From Dehalococcoidia bacterium (GTDB taxonomy: Bacteria > Chloroflexota > Dehalococcoidia > Bin125): a stretch of DNA of 64,000 nt. A program made the translations under genes and the position numbers. Position 1 is the stretch's first letter. Every line of letters begins with the position of its first letter. The notes below the pieces were generated by a model, which saw nothing but the letters and a program-made list of their open reading frames with translations, was not told the origin of the DNA and ran no database searches. Location of the stretch: positions 480,001 through 544,000 of the forward strand of contig CAXXSR010000001.1 of NCBI GenBank assembly GCA_963662615.2. Reading direction: 5' to 3'. Below, piece by piece: positions 9,064 through 19,086 of the stretch.

Positions 9064-10200
9064 TTACGGCAGCGCGCCGACCTCCCGGAGCAAGTTCAGC
9101 GTGCCCCGTAGATCGGCCAGCGACGTCAGGCGCAGGGAGGGGGGTTGCAGCGTGGCCAGCGGCGGAATGCCGGGGCCGGGCGCCACTCCAGCGATGAGCG
9201 GATATTCGTTGGTCTCCTGGGCGAAGTAGCGCTGCGCCTCCGGCTCCAGGAGATAGGTGAGGAAGCGAAGCGCCGCCGGCTCGTTGGGGCTGGAGCGGAG
9301 CAGGCCGGCGCCGGCCACGTTGATGAGGGCGCCGGCGGCGCCGGGGTCGGTGTAGCGGTTCGCCGCGGGGAAGTTGCGGTCCTCGGCCAGGAAGCGGTGC
9401 AGGTAGTAGTGGTTGACCAAGCCCACGTCGATCTCGCCATCGGCGACGGCCTGCACGATGGGCGAGTTCTTGGGGTACTCCTTGACCCCGTTGGCGATCA
9501 TGCCGCGCAGCCAGCGGGCCGTGCGCTCGTCGCCGTCGATCTCGCGCATCGCAGTGACGAAGGCCTGGAACGAGCCGTTGGTGGGCGCCCAGCCCACGCG
9601 ATCGCGCCACCGCGGCTCGACGAGGTCAACGATCGACGCGGGCAGCTCCTCCTGCGTGAGCCGCTGCGTGGAATAGACCAGGACGCGCGCACGTCCGGAG
9701 ACGCCCACCCAGGCGCCGCCGGCCGATTGGAAGGCCGCATCGACCCGCGCGAGGACGTCGGCGGGCAGAACGGCGAGGAGGCCGGCCGCCTCCACCGCGC
9801 CCAAGGCGCCGGCGTCTTGGGCCAGGAAGATGTCCGCCGGGGAGCGCGACCCTTCTTCCAGGAGCTGGGCTGCGAGCGCGGCTGTGTCGCCGTAGCGGAC
9901 CCGCACATCGACGCCGGTGGCCTCCTCGTATCGATTCAGCAGGGGGCCGATCAGGTCCTCGCTGCGGCCGGAGTAGACCGTGAGGGAGCCCGACGCGCCG
10001 GCGGTGTCTGGGTTGCCGGTGCCTGGGTTGCCGGCGCCGTCATCGTCGCCGCAAGCGGCCAGGGCCAAGGCCGCGAGCGTCGCCAGGCAGACGATGAGCC
10101 GCAGGCGGGTTGGCCGCCATGCCCCGTGGCCCTCCACGCCTCCTCCTTGCAGGCTCCCTGACACGGAATCCACCGGTTCCGCGGGAGGGACCATCCGCAC
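9064..10200 (-). CDS. fbpA: Fe3+ ABC transporter substrate-binding lipoprotein (FbpA/FutA); start may be downstream
   Basis: Lipobox LAAC, LTVYSGR, EGSRSPADIF and the iron-binding motif LVNHYY. Confidence 0.9.
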   Translation of the reverse strand: MRMVPPAEPVDSVSGSLQGGGVEGHGAWRPTRLRLIVCLATLAALALAACGDDDGAGNPGTGNPDTAGASGSLTVYSGRSEDLIGPLLNRYEEATGVDVRVRYGDTAALAAQLLEEGSRSPADIFLAQDAGALGAVEAAGLLAVLPADVLARVDAAFQSAGGAWVGVSGRARVLVYSTQRLTQEELPASIVDLVEPRWRDRVGWAPTNGSFQAFVTAMREIDGDERTARWLRGMIANGVKEYPKNSPIVQAVADGEIDVGLVNHYYLHRFLAEDRNFPAANRYTDPGAAGALINVAGAGLLRSSPNEPAALRFLTYLLEPEAQRYFAQETNEYPLIAGVAPGPGIPPLATLQPPSLRLTSLADLRGTLNLLREVGALP

Positions 10201-10236
10201 CCCGCGCGCGTGGCAGCATGGCGACGCGCGCAGGGG

Positions 10237-10273
10237 TTAAGCTAGGCTTCTTCATCTCGTTAGCCAAGGTTAA
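10237..10273. promoter_or_regulatory. Putative iron-repressor (DtxR/IdeR-like) operator
   Basis: AT-rich imperfect inverted repeat TTAAGCTAGGCT-N13-AGCCAAGGTTAA directly upstream of fbpA; each arm resembles a DtxR half-site. Confidence 0.45.
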
Positions 10274-10481
10274 TATGAATCTGGAGGCGACATAACACAT
10301 TGAAGGCCGCTGCGAAGACGGCCGTTCCGGACACGGCCGTTCGGGACACGATCGCCGTTCGTCAGAGGGCAGACGGTGGTGGCGGCCGCGCACGGCTGGA
10401 GCCGGCTTGGCGCAGGGGAATCGCCAGGGTCGCGGGCGGGTCTGGCGGGCTGTCAGATGATGCCGGGTCCAGCCGCGGGAG

Positions 10482-10787
10482 TTACCAGGACGACTTGCGC
10501 ACGCCGGGGATAAGCCCGCGCGCTGCCAGTTCACGGAAGGTGATCCGTGAGAGGCCGAATTTGCGCATGTAGGCCCGCGAGCGCCCGGTCACCAGGCAGC
10601 GATTCTTGATGCGCGAGGGGCTGCTGTTGCGCGGCAGCTTCTGCAGTTGCACTTGGGCCAGCCAGCGCGCGTCCGGGTTCTGCCACGACGCTCGCAGCTT
10701 CGCCTTGAGTTCGGCGCGCTTATCCTTGTACTGCTCAATCATCTTGCGGCGCTTGAGGTCGCGCGCGATCTGGCTCTTTTTCGCCAT
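10482..10787 (-). CDS. rpsN: 30S ribosomal protein S14, long Zn-independent form
   Basis: MAKKS start, [35 protein letters not shown], ends PGVRKSSW; only one Cys. Confidence 0.97.
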   Translation of the reverse strand: MAKKSQIARDLKRRKMIEQYKDKRAELKAKLRASWQNPDARWLAQVQLQKLPRNSSPSRIKNRCLVTGRSRAYMRKFGLSRITFRELAARGLIPGVRKSSW

Positions 10788-10909
10788 ATGGTGTCCCCTG
10801 CGGCCGCGACGACATCGGACCGCTGCTGAGGACAGGCTATCGAAGCGTGGCCGGTTGGGGCAACTGCCGGGCGCGCTCCCCGGCCGTCCGACGTGGGCGC
10901 CTGGGACGC

Positions 10910-11827
10910 ATGGGGGGGAAGGGAGTGAGGTGGTGGCCCGTGAGCGTGCTTCTGCAAATCAGGGGCTGGCCCTGGCTCCTGCGGGACCGCGCCATTGACG
11001 CGCTCTTCCGCGTCCAACGCGAATGCCTGAACGACCACATCGCGGCGACGCCGGCCGAGCCCGCTGCGGTCGCACAGGAGCTGCGGGAGATGGCGGCCTT
11101 CCTGAAGGCCGAGGCCGTTGACCCGGCCACGGGCCGGCTGGACTTCGCCATGGTGGCGAAGTCGGAGGCGTACCGGCGCTTCCGGCAGTCCTGCACGCCA
11201 CGGGCGCGCGGGCTCGACCTGCGCCGCCTGGGTCGCCGCGAAGAGCGGCTGGCGTTCTGGATCAACTGCTACAACGCCCTCCTCGTTGACGCCGTGATCT
11301 GCTACGAGATCCGCACCTCCGTGAAGGAGGCGCGCGGCGGGCTGGTGGGCTTCTTTCGCCGGGCGGCTTACGAGATCGGCGGGTATCGCTTCTCGTTGGA
11401 CTACATTGAGCACGGCGTGCTGCGCGCGAATCGTGGCCATCCCCGCATCCCGGGGCCGCATTTTCGCGCCACCGATCCGCGTCGGGCCTGCGCGCTGGAG
11501 AAGGCGGACCCGCGCCTTCACTTCGTGCTCAACTGCGGCGCCGCCAGCTGCCCACCGATCAAGTCCTTCAGCGCGGACCGCATTGACGAGGAGTTGGAGC
11601 TGGCCGCCGCCGGCTTCCTCAACGGCCCCGAGGGGGCGACGTTGGACCGGGCCCAGGGCACGCTGCTGCTGCCTCGCGTGATGAGTTGGTACGCCACGGA
11701 TTTCGGCTGCCAGGCGGGCGTGGTCCGGTTCGTGGCCCGGCATCTGGACAGCGACGCCGACCGCGAGTTCCTCCAGAGCGAACGCGTGAAGCTGCGCTAT
11801 CGCGAATACGACTGGAGCCTGGGCTAG
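10910..11827 (+). CDS. DUF547 domain protein (start uncertain)
   Basis: [44 protein letters not shown] and YDWSL motifs. Confidence 0.9.
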   Translation: MGGKGVRWWPVSVLLQIRGWPWLLRDRAIDALFRVQRECLNDHIAATPAEPAAVAQELREMAAFLKAEAVDPATGRLDFAMVAKSEAYRRFRQSCTPRARGLDLRRLGRREERLAFWINCYNALLVDAVICYEIRTSVKEARGGLVGFFRRAAYEIGGYRFSLDYIEHGVLRANRGHPRIPGPHFRATDPRRACALEKADPRLHFVLNCGAASCPPIKSFSADRIDEELELAAAGFLNGPEGATLDRAQGTLLLPRVMSWYATDFGCQAGVVRFVARHLDSDADREFLQSERVKLRYREYDWSLG

Positions 11828-11866
11828 CGCAGGGAGCGGCGGCTTCGATCCGGCGGCGACCAGCCG

Positions 11867-12352
11867 CTATTTCGGTTTGCCCCCCGGTTCGTGCGTGCGC
11901 TTCTCGATCGATTGGCCGCGCTTCGCTTCCAGACGGGCGAAGGCCCGTCCCTTCTCCGGGTGCGGGTCTGCGACGAGACCGTAGATCTCGCGGCCTTCGT
12001 GGTCTTGGGGGAGATAGGTGGTGATGGGAAGACCTTCCGCATCGCAGAAGAGCAGTCAATGGCAGTACTTGTATTTCTGCATCTCGTCGCAGGGGCAGAT
12101 CCAAGTTGAGGACTTCACCTCTTCGTGCTTGTCCTCGTAGAAGTTGCAGGGGCAGAGCGGCCGGCCGAGATCGTCAACGTGCTTGGCCAAGCCGATCACG
12201 AGGAACTCGGTGATCTCCTTCTGCGGGTGCAGGAAGGAGCCGCTGCGCTCGGCATAGCCACGGACGAACTTCCACATCTTGGCCAGGCTCTTCTCCGACG
12301 CCTCCTTGCGGTCGGCGTCGGTGACCTGGTCCACGGGCTGTTCGTCAGCCAT
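11867..12352 (-). CDS. Ferredoxin:thioredoxin reductase catalytic subunit, probable selenoprotein (Sec at TGA 12056-12058), 161 aa
   Basis: CPC, CPC, then CH-TGA-LLF where the family has CHC; frame stays open to TAG at 11867-11869; SECIS-like hairpin follows. Confidence 0.85.
12023..12043 (-). promoter_or_regulatory. Bacterial SECIS-like stem-loop
   Basis: GAUG-C-GGAA-[GGUC]-UUCC-CAUC starts 12 nt after the UGA; G-first apical loop lies 21 nt from the UGA. Confidence 0.75.
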
Positions 12353-12405
12353 GTCCTGCTCCCTCCAAGCGGGATGGCGCGACCGCCATCGCAGCGCCGG
12401 CGCTA

Positions 12406-12480
12406 TGGCTAGTAATCGCGGCGCCGCCGCTTTGGCTAGTAATCGCGGCGCCGCCGCGACGGCTAGGAATCGGGGCGGCG
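12406..12480. repeat. 27-bp tandem repeat (about 2.7 copies) overlapping the PAC2 gene stop
   Basis: TGGCTAGTAATCGCGGCGCCGCCGC at 12406 and 12433, degenerate copy at about 12461. Confidence 0.8.
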
Positions 12481-13359
12481 ACTTTCGCGCAAGAAGTCCT
12501 CCAACTCCTCAATCAGCCCCTCCGCCGAAGGCAGCTCCAGCGGGGCGCCGGGGGGGACATCGGCGTCGGCCGGCGCCCGCGCGCCTTGCACTTCCTCCAA
12601 ACGGCGTATGTAGGAGGCCAGCCTCTCGTTCTGTTCGACCGCCGTCCGCATGCGTCGCTGGAAGCCGTCGATCTCCTTGTCAAGGTACTCGTAGTTCACC
12701 GTGAGGCCGGAAAGCTCGGCGAATTTCTCCAGCAACGATCGCGTTGCCATGGGGTTGCGCGCCCCCGGGAGGTAGTGAGGCACGCTGGCCCAGAAGCTGA
12801 TCCCATCGATCCCGCGCTGCCGGCAGAAGTCGTGGAAGACGCCCACAACGCCGATGGGGCCTTCGTAGCGGGACGGGTGCAACTGGTAGCGGTCGGCGAG
12901 CTTCGAGGCGTTGGCCGATCCGCGCACCGCGACGGGCCGGGTATGCGGGACCGGAGCGGCGAACGCGCCCAAGGTGACCACCAGCTCCACTTGCGTGGCG
13001 CCGATCAGCTCGGTGATGGCCCCCATGTAGCTCTTCCAGCGATGGTTGGGTTCCACGCCCGCCCCCAGGATGAGGTCCCGCGGCAGCTCCGGCAGCCGGG
13101 CGGCAAAGAACTCGGTGCTGGGCCAAACGATCTCGCGCTCGCCGTCGCGGTAGCGCGCCAGCGGTCGCGCCTGGGTGAAGTCGTAGTAGTCCTCCGGATC
13201 GATGGTGGCGAAGAGCTGCGCGTCCAGCGTGCTGATGAGCGAGCGGACCGCCTGCGAGGCCGCCTCGCCGGCGTCGTTCCAGCCGCTCCAGGCCAAGACG
13301 AGCAGGGGCGTGCGCAGATGCGGGGCGCTCTCCATCTGGAGGTGCGGATGTTCGGCCAT
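12463..13359 (-). CDS. PAC2 family (proteasome assembly chaperone-like) protein
   Basis: GWNDAGEAAS, DPEDYYDF..ARP, EPNHRW, PHTRP, YEGPIG and WASVPHY motifs. Confidence 0.92.
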   Translation of the reverse strand: MAEHPHLQMESAPHLRTPLLVLAWSGWNDAGEAASQAVRSLISTLDAQLFATIDPEDYYDFTQARPLARYRDGEREIVWPSTEFFAARLPELPRDLILGAGVEPNHRWKSYMGAITELIGATQVELVVTLGAFAAPVPHTRPVAVRGSANASKLADRYQLHPSRYEGPIGVVGVFHDFCRQRGIDGISFWASVPHYLPGARNPMATRSLLEKFAELSGLTVNYEYLDKEIDGFQRRMRTAVEQNERLASYIRRLEEVQGARAPADADVPPGAPLELPSAEGLIEELEDFLRESRRPDS

Positions 13360-13453
13360 GGCACCAACGATTGTAGCGATCGGGCGAAACGCCCGGCCAG
13401 CGGCGTCTGAGAGGCCGGATACATCCCCCCAACGCCCAGCACGGGGACATCCA

Positions 13454-13519
13454 TCCTTCGTGGCACAACCGTCCTTCATGGGGCATCTGTCCTTCATGGG
13501 GCATCTGCCCCATGAAGGA
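13454..13519. repeat. 18-bp tandem repeat ending in a 14-bp-arm inverted repeat
   Basis: Two exact TCCTTCATGGGGCATCTG units plus one degenerate unit; 13490-13519 forms TCCTTCATGGGGCA-TC-TGCCCCATGAAGGA. Confidence 0.8.
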
Positions 13520-13999
13520 TGGGGCGTCCGCACCTGCTCTCGGCGCCGGGCCGCGGCCACACTGAGCGCGAACTCAGGTGATTCAAGCGGGAACCGAGAG
13601 GCAGCCTCGATCGTCAAGTGCAGTAGCGGTCGAGACGGCCATCGCAGGGAAGCGGGGCGCAATGACTTTGAACCGGGCAGGGAACGCATTTGGGGCCGTC
13701 ATGGTGACGGCCGGGACCACGAGCGCCCCGTCGCAGCTGAAGGCGGCGGCGCGCGTATGGACGTAGGTGCGGACGGCCGCGGAGCGCAGGCAGGAGCGGA
13801 CCGCGGTCCTGGGCCGGCTGCACCGCTTGGCGGAGCGCGACCAGGTCGCAAATCGACGCGGATCGACGGCAGCGCCGCAGCGCGCCGAGGGCGGTTCCGG
13901 CGCGCGGCTTGACTCGCGGCTGGGGAACCGACGAAGGGTCCGCGTCGTCATGCCAGAAACGGCGTCACAAGTCGGCGCTCGCGGTTAGGACGGTTGAAG

Positions 14000-14200
14000 A
14001 TGTTGCATAGAACGTATCGAAGCTGTCTCAACTGTCGCAGCGTCGCCATTGGCGGCCTTGTGGGCGCCGCGATCGGCGCCGCCGTTGGCGGCGTCAGCGG
14101 CGATTGGCTGTTCACGGCGATGTGGACGGCGGGCAGCGGCGCCCTGGGCATGGTGATGGTTTACGCCTCGGTCTTGTCGGCGTCGTCCCGCTGGGAGTGA
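14000..14200 (+). CDS. Small glycine-zipper membrane protein
   Basis: IGGLVGAAIGAAVGG plus a second hydrophobic stretch; N-terminal CLNC. Confidence 0.5.
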   Translation: MLHRTYRSCLNCRSVAIGGLVGAAIGAAVGGVSGDWLFTAMWTAGSGALGMVMVYASVLSASSRWE

Positions 14201-14258
14201 GAGGCGGCGCCACGCCGGAGCGGCGGCCGTCCCTCTTCTCGCGCGCCGCCTCGCCCAC

Positions 14259-16127
14259 CTAGACGTGGAGAGCCTCGGCCACATCCGCGAGGCCCAGCGA
14301 TTCCAGCTTGCTGCGGCTGGGGGTGCAGGTCTCCGCGTCCCAGTCGCAGGCGCGGAGGAAGTCGCGCTCCATGGTCTCGGCATCGACGATGACGTCCTTC
14401 AGCGGCCCCGACTGCTGCGCCGTCCCCTCGCCGCCGTAGATGCGGCCGGGCACGTTGCGGGCGCGGGGGTTGTTGCCCTCGCGCACCTCAAAGGCCATGC
14501 GCAGGTTGGCGATGCGCTCGCCCGCGCGCTGAAGGTCGTCGCCGTTGATGCTCCAGCCGGTGACCTTATTGATCCACTCAGGGAAGCGGTCGGTGGGGGC
14601 GGTCATCATGATGAACTGGCACATGCCCGTGGCGTTGACGATGTGCATGTACTCGCTGGCGCCCTTGTGGTGCTCCCCCCGGTTCGCGTAGTCCTTGAAG
14701 TCCTTGGGCGCGCGCGGGTACTTGGGGCCGCCGAACGTGCTGCGACCCTCGTATTGGGTGTGCCGCGCCGGCGTGGGGTCCAGCTTGTAGGTGGTGTGGA
14801 ACTCCGGCTGCAGCTTGGGGTCGTGCATGGGCACTTCTTGCCCACCGATGTGCATGGCGTATTGCTCCGCGCCGCGGCCAATCTTCTCAGCCGCGACCTT
14901 GACGCCGTCGGCCAGCACGTCGCCGATGCCCTCGCGCTTCCCCATCTTGTGCAGCAGCGCGATGATCGCTTTGTCGTCTCCCCAGCGCAGCTCCAGGCCG
15001 TCCGTGTCCTCCTTCGTGAGGATGCCGTTCTCGAAGCACTCAACGGCGAACGAGATGGTCGCGCCGGCGCCAATGGTGTCCAGCCCGTACTCGTTGCAGA
15101 CGTGGTTGGCGAAGATCAGCGCGTCCAGGTCGTTCATCAAGTTCATGGTGCCGAAGGAGGCCATGGTCTCGTATTCGGGGCGGTGGGTGTGATGCGGGTA
15201 GGGGTACTGCGCGTTGCTTGATTCCACGCTCTCGGCGCCGCAGGCCAGCGGGCAGTGCCAGCAGGCGTAGTGCTTCTCCATCTTCTCGTTGACGACGGTC
15301 CCTTGCAGGCTCTCGACGTCGCTGAAAACGTCTTCGCCCACGCCGCCCCAGTTCTGCACGGGTGAGTCGCCGCTGTGCGCCGAGCCGGCGGTGATGCCGG
15401 TGGTGCCCACGGTGCGGAAGAAGTCGCGCAGTGGCGCCGCGAACTCGTCCAGCGACTCCTTCATCATCCGGCGCGCGTCCTTGTCGTGCTGCTGGATCAT
15501 CTGCCGGGTGGACTTCACCACCACCGCTTTGACCTTCTTTGATCCCATCACCGCGCCCACGCCGGAGCGTGCGGCCAGGCGGCCGTGGTCGTTGCAGATG
15601 CCGCTGAGGTAGGAGAGGTTCTCTCCCGACTGCCCGATCACGGCGACGGAGGCCTTCTTACCGTACTTTTCCTTGAACTGCTTTTCGGCGCTGATTGCGT
15701 CGATGCCCCAGTAGGCGGAGGCGTCCTCAATGCTGACCTTGTCATCCTCAATGAGAATGTAGACGGGGCGATCGGCGGCGCCGTAGAGGAGGATGCCGTC
15801 CCAGCCCGCGAACTTGAGGTAGGGGCCAAAGTCGCCGCCGCAGTTGGCGTCGCCCCAGCCGCCCGTGGGCGGGCTCTTGCAGACGGCCTGGAAGCGGTTG
15901 CCGAAGATGGGCGTGCCGGTCATCAGCCCTGGAATGAGCCCCAGAACGTTCTCCGGCCCCAGGGGGTCGGCGCCCTGCGGGATGCGGTCGAACAGCAGGC
16001 GCACGCCAATGCCGTAGCCGCCTAGATAGTCTTTGTACATCTGCTCGGGCAGCTCTTCCGGCGAGATCTTGCCGCTGCTCAGATCCACGTTCAGGATCTT
16101 GCCGTTGTATGCGAGTTCCTCCGGCAT
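14259..16127 (-). CDS. aor: Aldehyde:ferredoxin oxidoreductase (W/Mo AOR family)
   Basis: KILNVDLS, YLGGYG, KSPPTGGWGDANCGG, RSGVGAVMGSKKVKA, CWHCPLAC, EYET, GLDTI and HDPK motifs. Confidence 0.95.
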   Translation of the reverse strand: MPEELAYNGKILNVDLSSGKISPEELPEQMYKDYLGGYGIGVRLLFDRIPQGADPLGPENVLGLIPGLMTGTPIFGNRFQAVCKSPPTGGWGDANCGGDFGPYLKFAGWDGILLYGAADRPVYILIEDDKVSIEDASAYWGIDAISAEKQFKEKYGKKASVAVIGQSGENLSYLSGICNDHGRLAARSGVGAVMGSKKVKAVVVKSTRQMIQQHDKDARRMMKESLDEFAAPLRDFFRTVGTTGITAGSAHSGDSPVQNWGGVGEDVFSDVESLQGTVVNEKMEKHYACWHCPLACGAESVESSNAQYPYPHHTHRPEYETMASFGTMNLMNDLDALIFANHVCNEYGLDTIGAGATISFAVECFENGILTKEDTDGLELRWGDDKAIIALLHKMGKREGIGDVLADGVKVAAEKIGRGAEQYAMHIGGQEVPMHDPKLQPEFHTTYKLDPTPARHTQYEGRSTFGGPKYPRAPKDFKDYANRGEHHKGASEYMHIVNATGMCQFIMMTAPTDRFPEWINKVTGWSINGDDLQRAGERIANLRMAFEVREGNNPRARNVPGRIYGGEGTAQQSGPLKDVIVDAETMERDFLRACDWDAETCTPSRSKLESLGLADVAEALHV

Positions 16128-16269
16128 GGGCCGTCCCACCTTTCCTGCACGATCGCGCCCGGCGCCGCAGGCGCCTGGTCGTCGCCGCCCGATTATCGCG
16201 GAGCGACGCCGCCCGCCACAAGGGCCGCGGCAGTCCGTCCCCGCGCCGCCCGCCTACGAATTCGCCCGC

Positions 16270-17223
16270 CTACGAATCCAGGCGCGCCAGCTTGCCCAGC
16301 AGCGCCAGCGTCCGCTCAATGCCGGCTTGCGGGTCGTCACCCACGGGGAGGACCATGGCCAGCAGCTCGTCGGCGCCGTAGTCGGGCAACGTCGCGATGC
16401 GCTCGGCGACTTGCTCCTCGGAGCCGGTGACGACCAGCGCCTCGGCCAATGTCTCGGAGAGTTCCGGGCCGGCCGCCTCCGGGAAGCCGGCGTCCTGGAA
16501 CATGCGCGCGTAATAGGGGAGACGCAGGTAGCGGCCCAACTGCTGTCGCGCCGCCGTCCGCACGGTCGCGGCATCCTCACTGACGATAATGGGCGCATGG
16601 ACGACCATGGGGGGCTTGGCCCGGCCCGTCTGCGCGGCGCCCGCCGCCAGAGCCGGGGCGGCCACGTCGCGGATGTAGGGCCAGGGGCACATCCAGGAGA
16701 TGGCGCCGTCCGCCAGCTCCCCGCAGAGCCGGAACGCTCTGGGGCGCAGGGCCGCCGCCATCACGGGCACCTCTCTGGGGCTGTCAATCTCCCCTTCCGC
16801 CCGCAGGATCTCTCCCTGGAAGGCAACGCGTCCCTCCTGGAGGACCGCCTTGAGGATGGTGAGGTACTCCCGCAGGTGCGCCTGCGGGCGCTCGAAGGGG
16901 ATGCCCCAGACGCTTTCGACCATTGGCTGGTGGCTCGGGCCCACGCCCAGTCGCAAGCGCCCCGGCGCGATCTCGTCCACCGCCAACGCCGACTGGGCCA
17001 GGGAGAGAGGGTGCCGGGGAAAGGTGGGCACGATCGACGTGCCGAACTGGATGCGCTCTGTCCGCGCGGCTGCGGCGGCGAAGACGGGGAAGGGGTCCGG
17101 CGCCAGTCGGCCGACGGTGAGCCAGGCGACGTCCAGCCCCGCCCGCTCCGCCGCTACGATCCCGTCAACCAGGCCGGGCGCATCCGGCGCGGCCACATGT
17201 ACACCGATGGTCAGATTTTGCAT
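16270..17223 (-). CDS. LLM class (luciferase-like) oxidoreductase, probably F420-dependent
   Basis: TERIQFGTSIVPTFPRHP, GRLRLGVGPSH and AALRPRAFRLCGELADG motifs. Confidence 0.9.
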   Translation of the reverse strand: MQNLTIGVHVAAPDAPGLVDGIVAAERAGLDVAWLTVGRLAPDPFPVFAAAAARTERIQFGTSIVPTFPRHPLSLAQSALAVDEIAPGRLRLGVGPSHQPMVESVWGIPFERPQAHLREYLTILKAVLQEGRVAFQGEILRAEGEIDSPREVPVMAAALRPRAFRLCGELADGAISWMCPWPYIRDVAAPALAAGAAQTGRAKPPMVVHAPIIVSEDAATVRTAARQQLGRYLRLPYYARMFQDAGFPEAAGPELSETLAEALVVTGSEEQVAERIATLPDYGADELLAMVLPVGDDPQAGIERTLALLGKLARLDS

Positions 17224-17295
17224 GACGCCCCCGCTGCGGGCGCCGCGATCCCGCGGCGGCGCCGGTCGCCAGGATAGCGCTTGGAGCCCGTCGGA

Positions 17296-18522
17296 TCAGC
17301 CGCTGTCGTAGCCCTCGCTGAGGGGCCGGTTGGCGCGCTGGCCGGCGGCGCCCTCCGGCCCGAAGTCGTCAATGACGGCCGCCAGCTCCTCGCCGGTGGG
17401 CAGCGGCGGCAGCGCCGGCGGCTGTCCCGGCAGCTCGCTGACGTGGAGGGTCTGGGTGGGGAAGGCGAACTCCACCTCCAGCCGTTCGGCCAGCCGCATG
17501 ACGTCCAGATTGAGGACGTGGCGGGTCCGCATCTCTTGGTTCCAGCCTGCTGCGGCAATGAAGCATTGCAGCACGATGTCCAGGCTGTGCGCCCCGAATT
17601 CGGCGAACTCCACCAGGTAATTGTCCTGGCGGATGTCGGCACGGGTGCGGAGGATGGCGCGCACCCCTTCCACGAACGCCTGCAGCCGCTGGGGCTCCGT
17701 ATGGTAGGCGACGCTCAGGGTGGTGCGGTAGCGGCGCCAGCGCCGCTCGCGCCAATTGTCGATGTCCGTGTCGGTCATGCGGGCGTTGGGGATCGTGACC
17801 AGCGAATCGTAGAAGGTGCGCACGCGCGTGGAGCGGAAGCCGACCGCCTCGACGGTGCCGGTGACGTCGCCGACGGTGACCACGTCGCCCACCTGAAACG
17901 GTTTGTCCGTAAAGATCGTGACGCCGCCCAGCAGGTTCTTGATCGTGTCCTGCGCCGCCAGCGCCACTGCCAGGCCACCGATGCCGAGCCCGGCGATCAA
18001 GGAGGCGATATTCACGTCCAGGTTCTGCAGGACGAAGAGCACGCCGATGATCGCGACGAAGATCTTCAGCGTGGTGCGCACGAGCGGAACGAGCTGATCG
18101 TCCAGCTTGGTCTCCGTCAGCTCCGCGCGCCGGCGGAGGACGTCGGCGAAGATGTCGACGGCCCGATAGGTCAGCCAGACGGCTGAGCCGCCGCCCAACA
18201 GCCGCCCCAGCGTCTGCAGGACGTCCTCCACGTCCGCGTCGAAGTCCAGGACCGGAAAGCCCACCAGGATGGTGATTGCGACGGTGAGGCCCAGGAGGGG
18301 CCGGTTCAGCCGCCGGCGTTCTCGCGTCCAGAAGGGCACGCTGTCGTCCGTGACCCGATAGCGGATGTAGAGAGCGATGAGCCCGACGGCGATGCGCTGC
18401 GCCGCGAGCGCCAGCACGACGAGGACGGCGAGGCCGAGGAACTGCTCGACCTCAATGCCCAAGAACGTGTCTTTGAACCAGTTCGGGGTGAGGACGGGTG
18501 GGGCGGCCGAGGGACCAGCCAC
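17296..18522 (-). CDS. MscS family mechanosensitive channel
   Basis: LIAGLGIGGLAVALAAQDTIKN, KPFQVGD, GFRSTRVRT and FAFPTQTL motifs. Confidence 0.95.
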   Translation of the reverse strand: MAGPSAAPPVLTPNWFKDTFLGIEVEQFLGLAVLVVLALAAQRIAVGLIALYIRYRVTDDSVPFWTRERRRLNRPLLGLTVAITILVGFPVLDFDADVEDVLQTLGRLLGGGSAVWLTYRAVDIFADVLRRRAELTETKLDDQLVPLVRTTLKIFVAIIGVLFVLQNLDVNIASLIAGLGIGGLAVALAAQDTIKNLLGGVTIFTDKPFQVGDVVTVGDVTGTVEAVGFRSTRVRTFYDSLVTIPNARMTDTDIDNWRERRWRRYRTTLSVAYHTEPQRLQAFVEGVRAILRTRADIRQDNYLVEFAEFGAHSLDIVLQCFIAAAGWNQEMRTRHVLNLDVMRLAERLEVEFAFPTQTLHVSELPGQPPALPPLPTGEELAAVIDDFGPEGAAGQRANRPLSEGYDSG

Positions 18523-18804
18523 GCTGGACCTCTCCTTGCCTGGGGCGCCTCAACACCGGGCTTCCGGGTTCCCCGGCCGGTGAGGGTCTCGGCTCGCCGA
18601 GCCGGACGCACGACTGGGCGCCTGACGGTACCGTAGCGAACAAACAGATCATGCGCCAACGCACTTGACTAGAACGCGGCTCCCTACAGGCGTCTCGTCT
18701 TCTCAGGGAATGACCGCCGCGAGGCCCGGCCTGCCGTACAATCGCACGCGAGACCCGTCCCAGCGGGGCCGGCGCAATGGGGTGGGGCGAGAGGGAGAAA
18801 CGCC

Positions 18805-18999
18805 GTGAAGGTCGTGGTTGATTACGATAAGTGCGACTCGAACGCTGTCTGTGTGGGGATCGCCCCGGAGCTCTTTGAGGTCCGGGACGACAATTTTCTC
18901 TACATCCTGCAGGAGAATCCGCCGGAGGAGCTGCGGGCCAAGCTGGAGCAGGCCGTGCGCATGTGTCCCACCCACGCCATCTCCATTGAAGACGATTGA
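18805..18999 (+). CDS. [3Fe-4S]-type ferredoxin
   Basis: CDSNAVCVGIAPELF and CPTHAI; SD GGAG before GTG. Confidence 0.92.
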   Translation: MKVVVDYDKCDSNAVCVGIAPELFEVRDDNFLYILQENPPEELRAKLEQAVRMCPTHAISIEDD

Positions 19000-19086
19000 G
19001 GCGCCAAGCGCCCCCTTGGCTCACGAAGCGAGGCACCCGAGCCCAAGCCTCCGCCCCCAGAACGCCCCAGCGCCCGAAACGATGCA

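Noticed and set aside
13578-13988. Two plus-strand ORFs joined by an in-frame TAG at 13764-13766
   Set aside because: Neither part resembles a known protein or has a clear SD; such joins are common by chance in GC-rich DNA.
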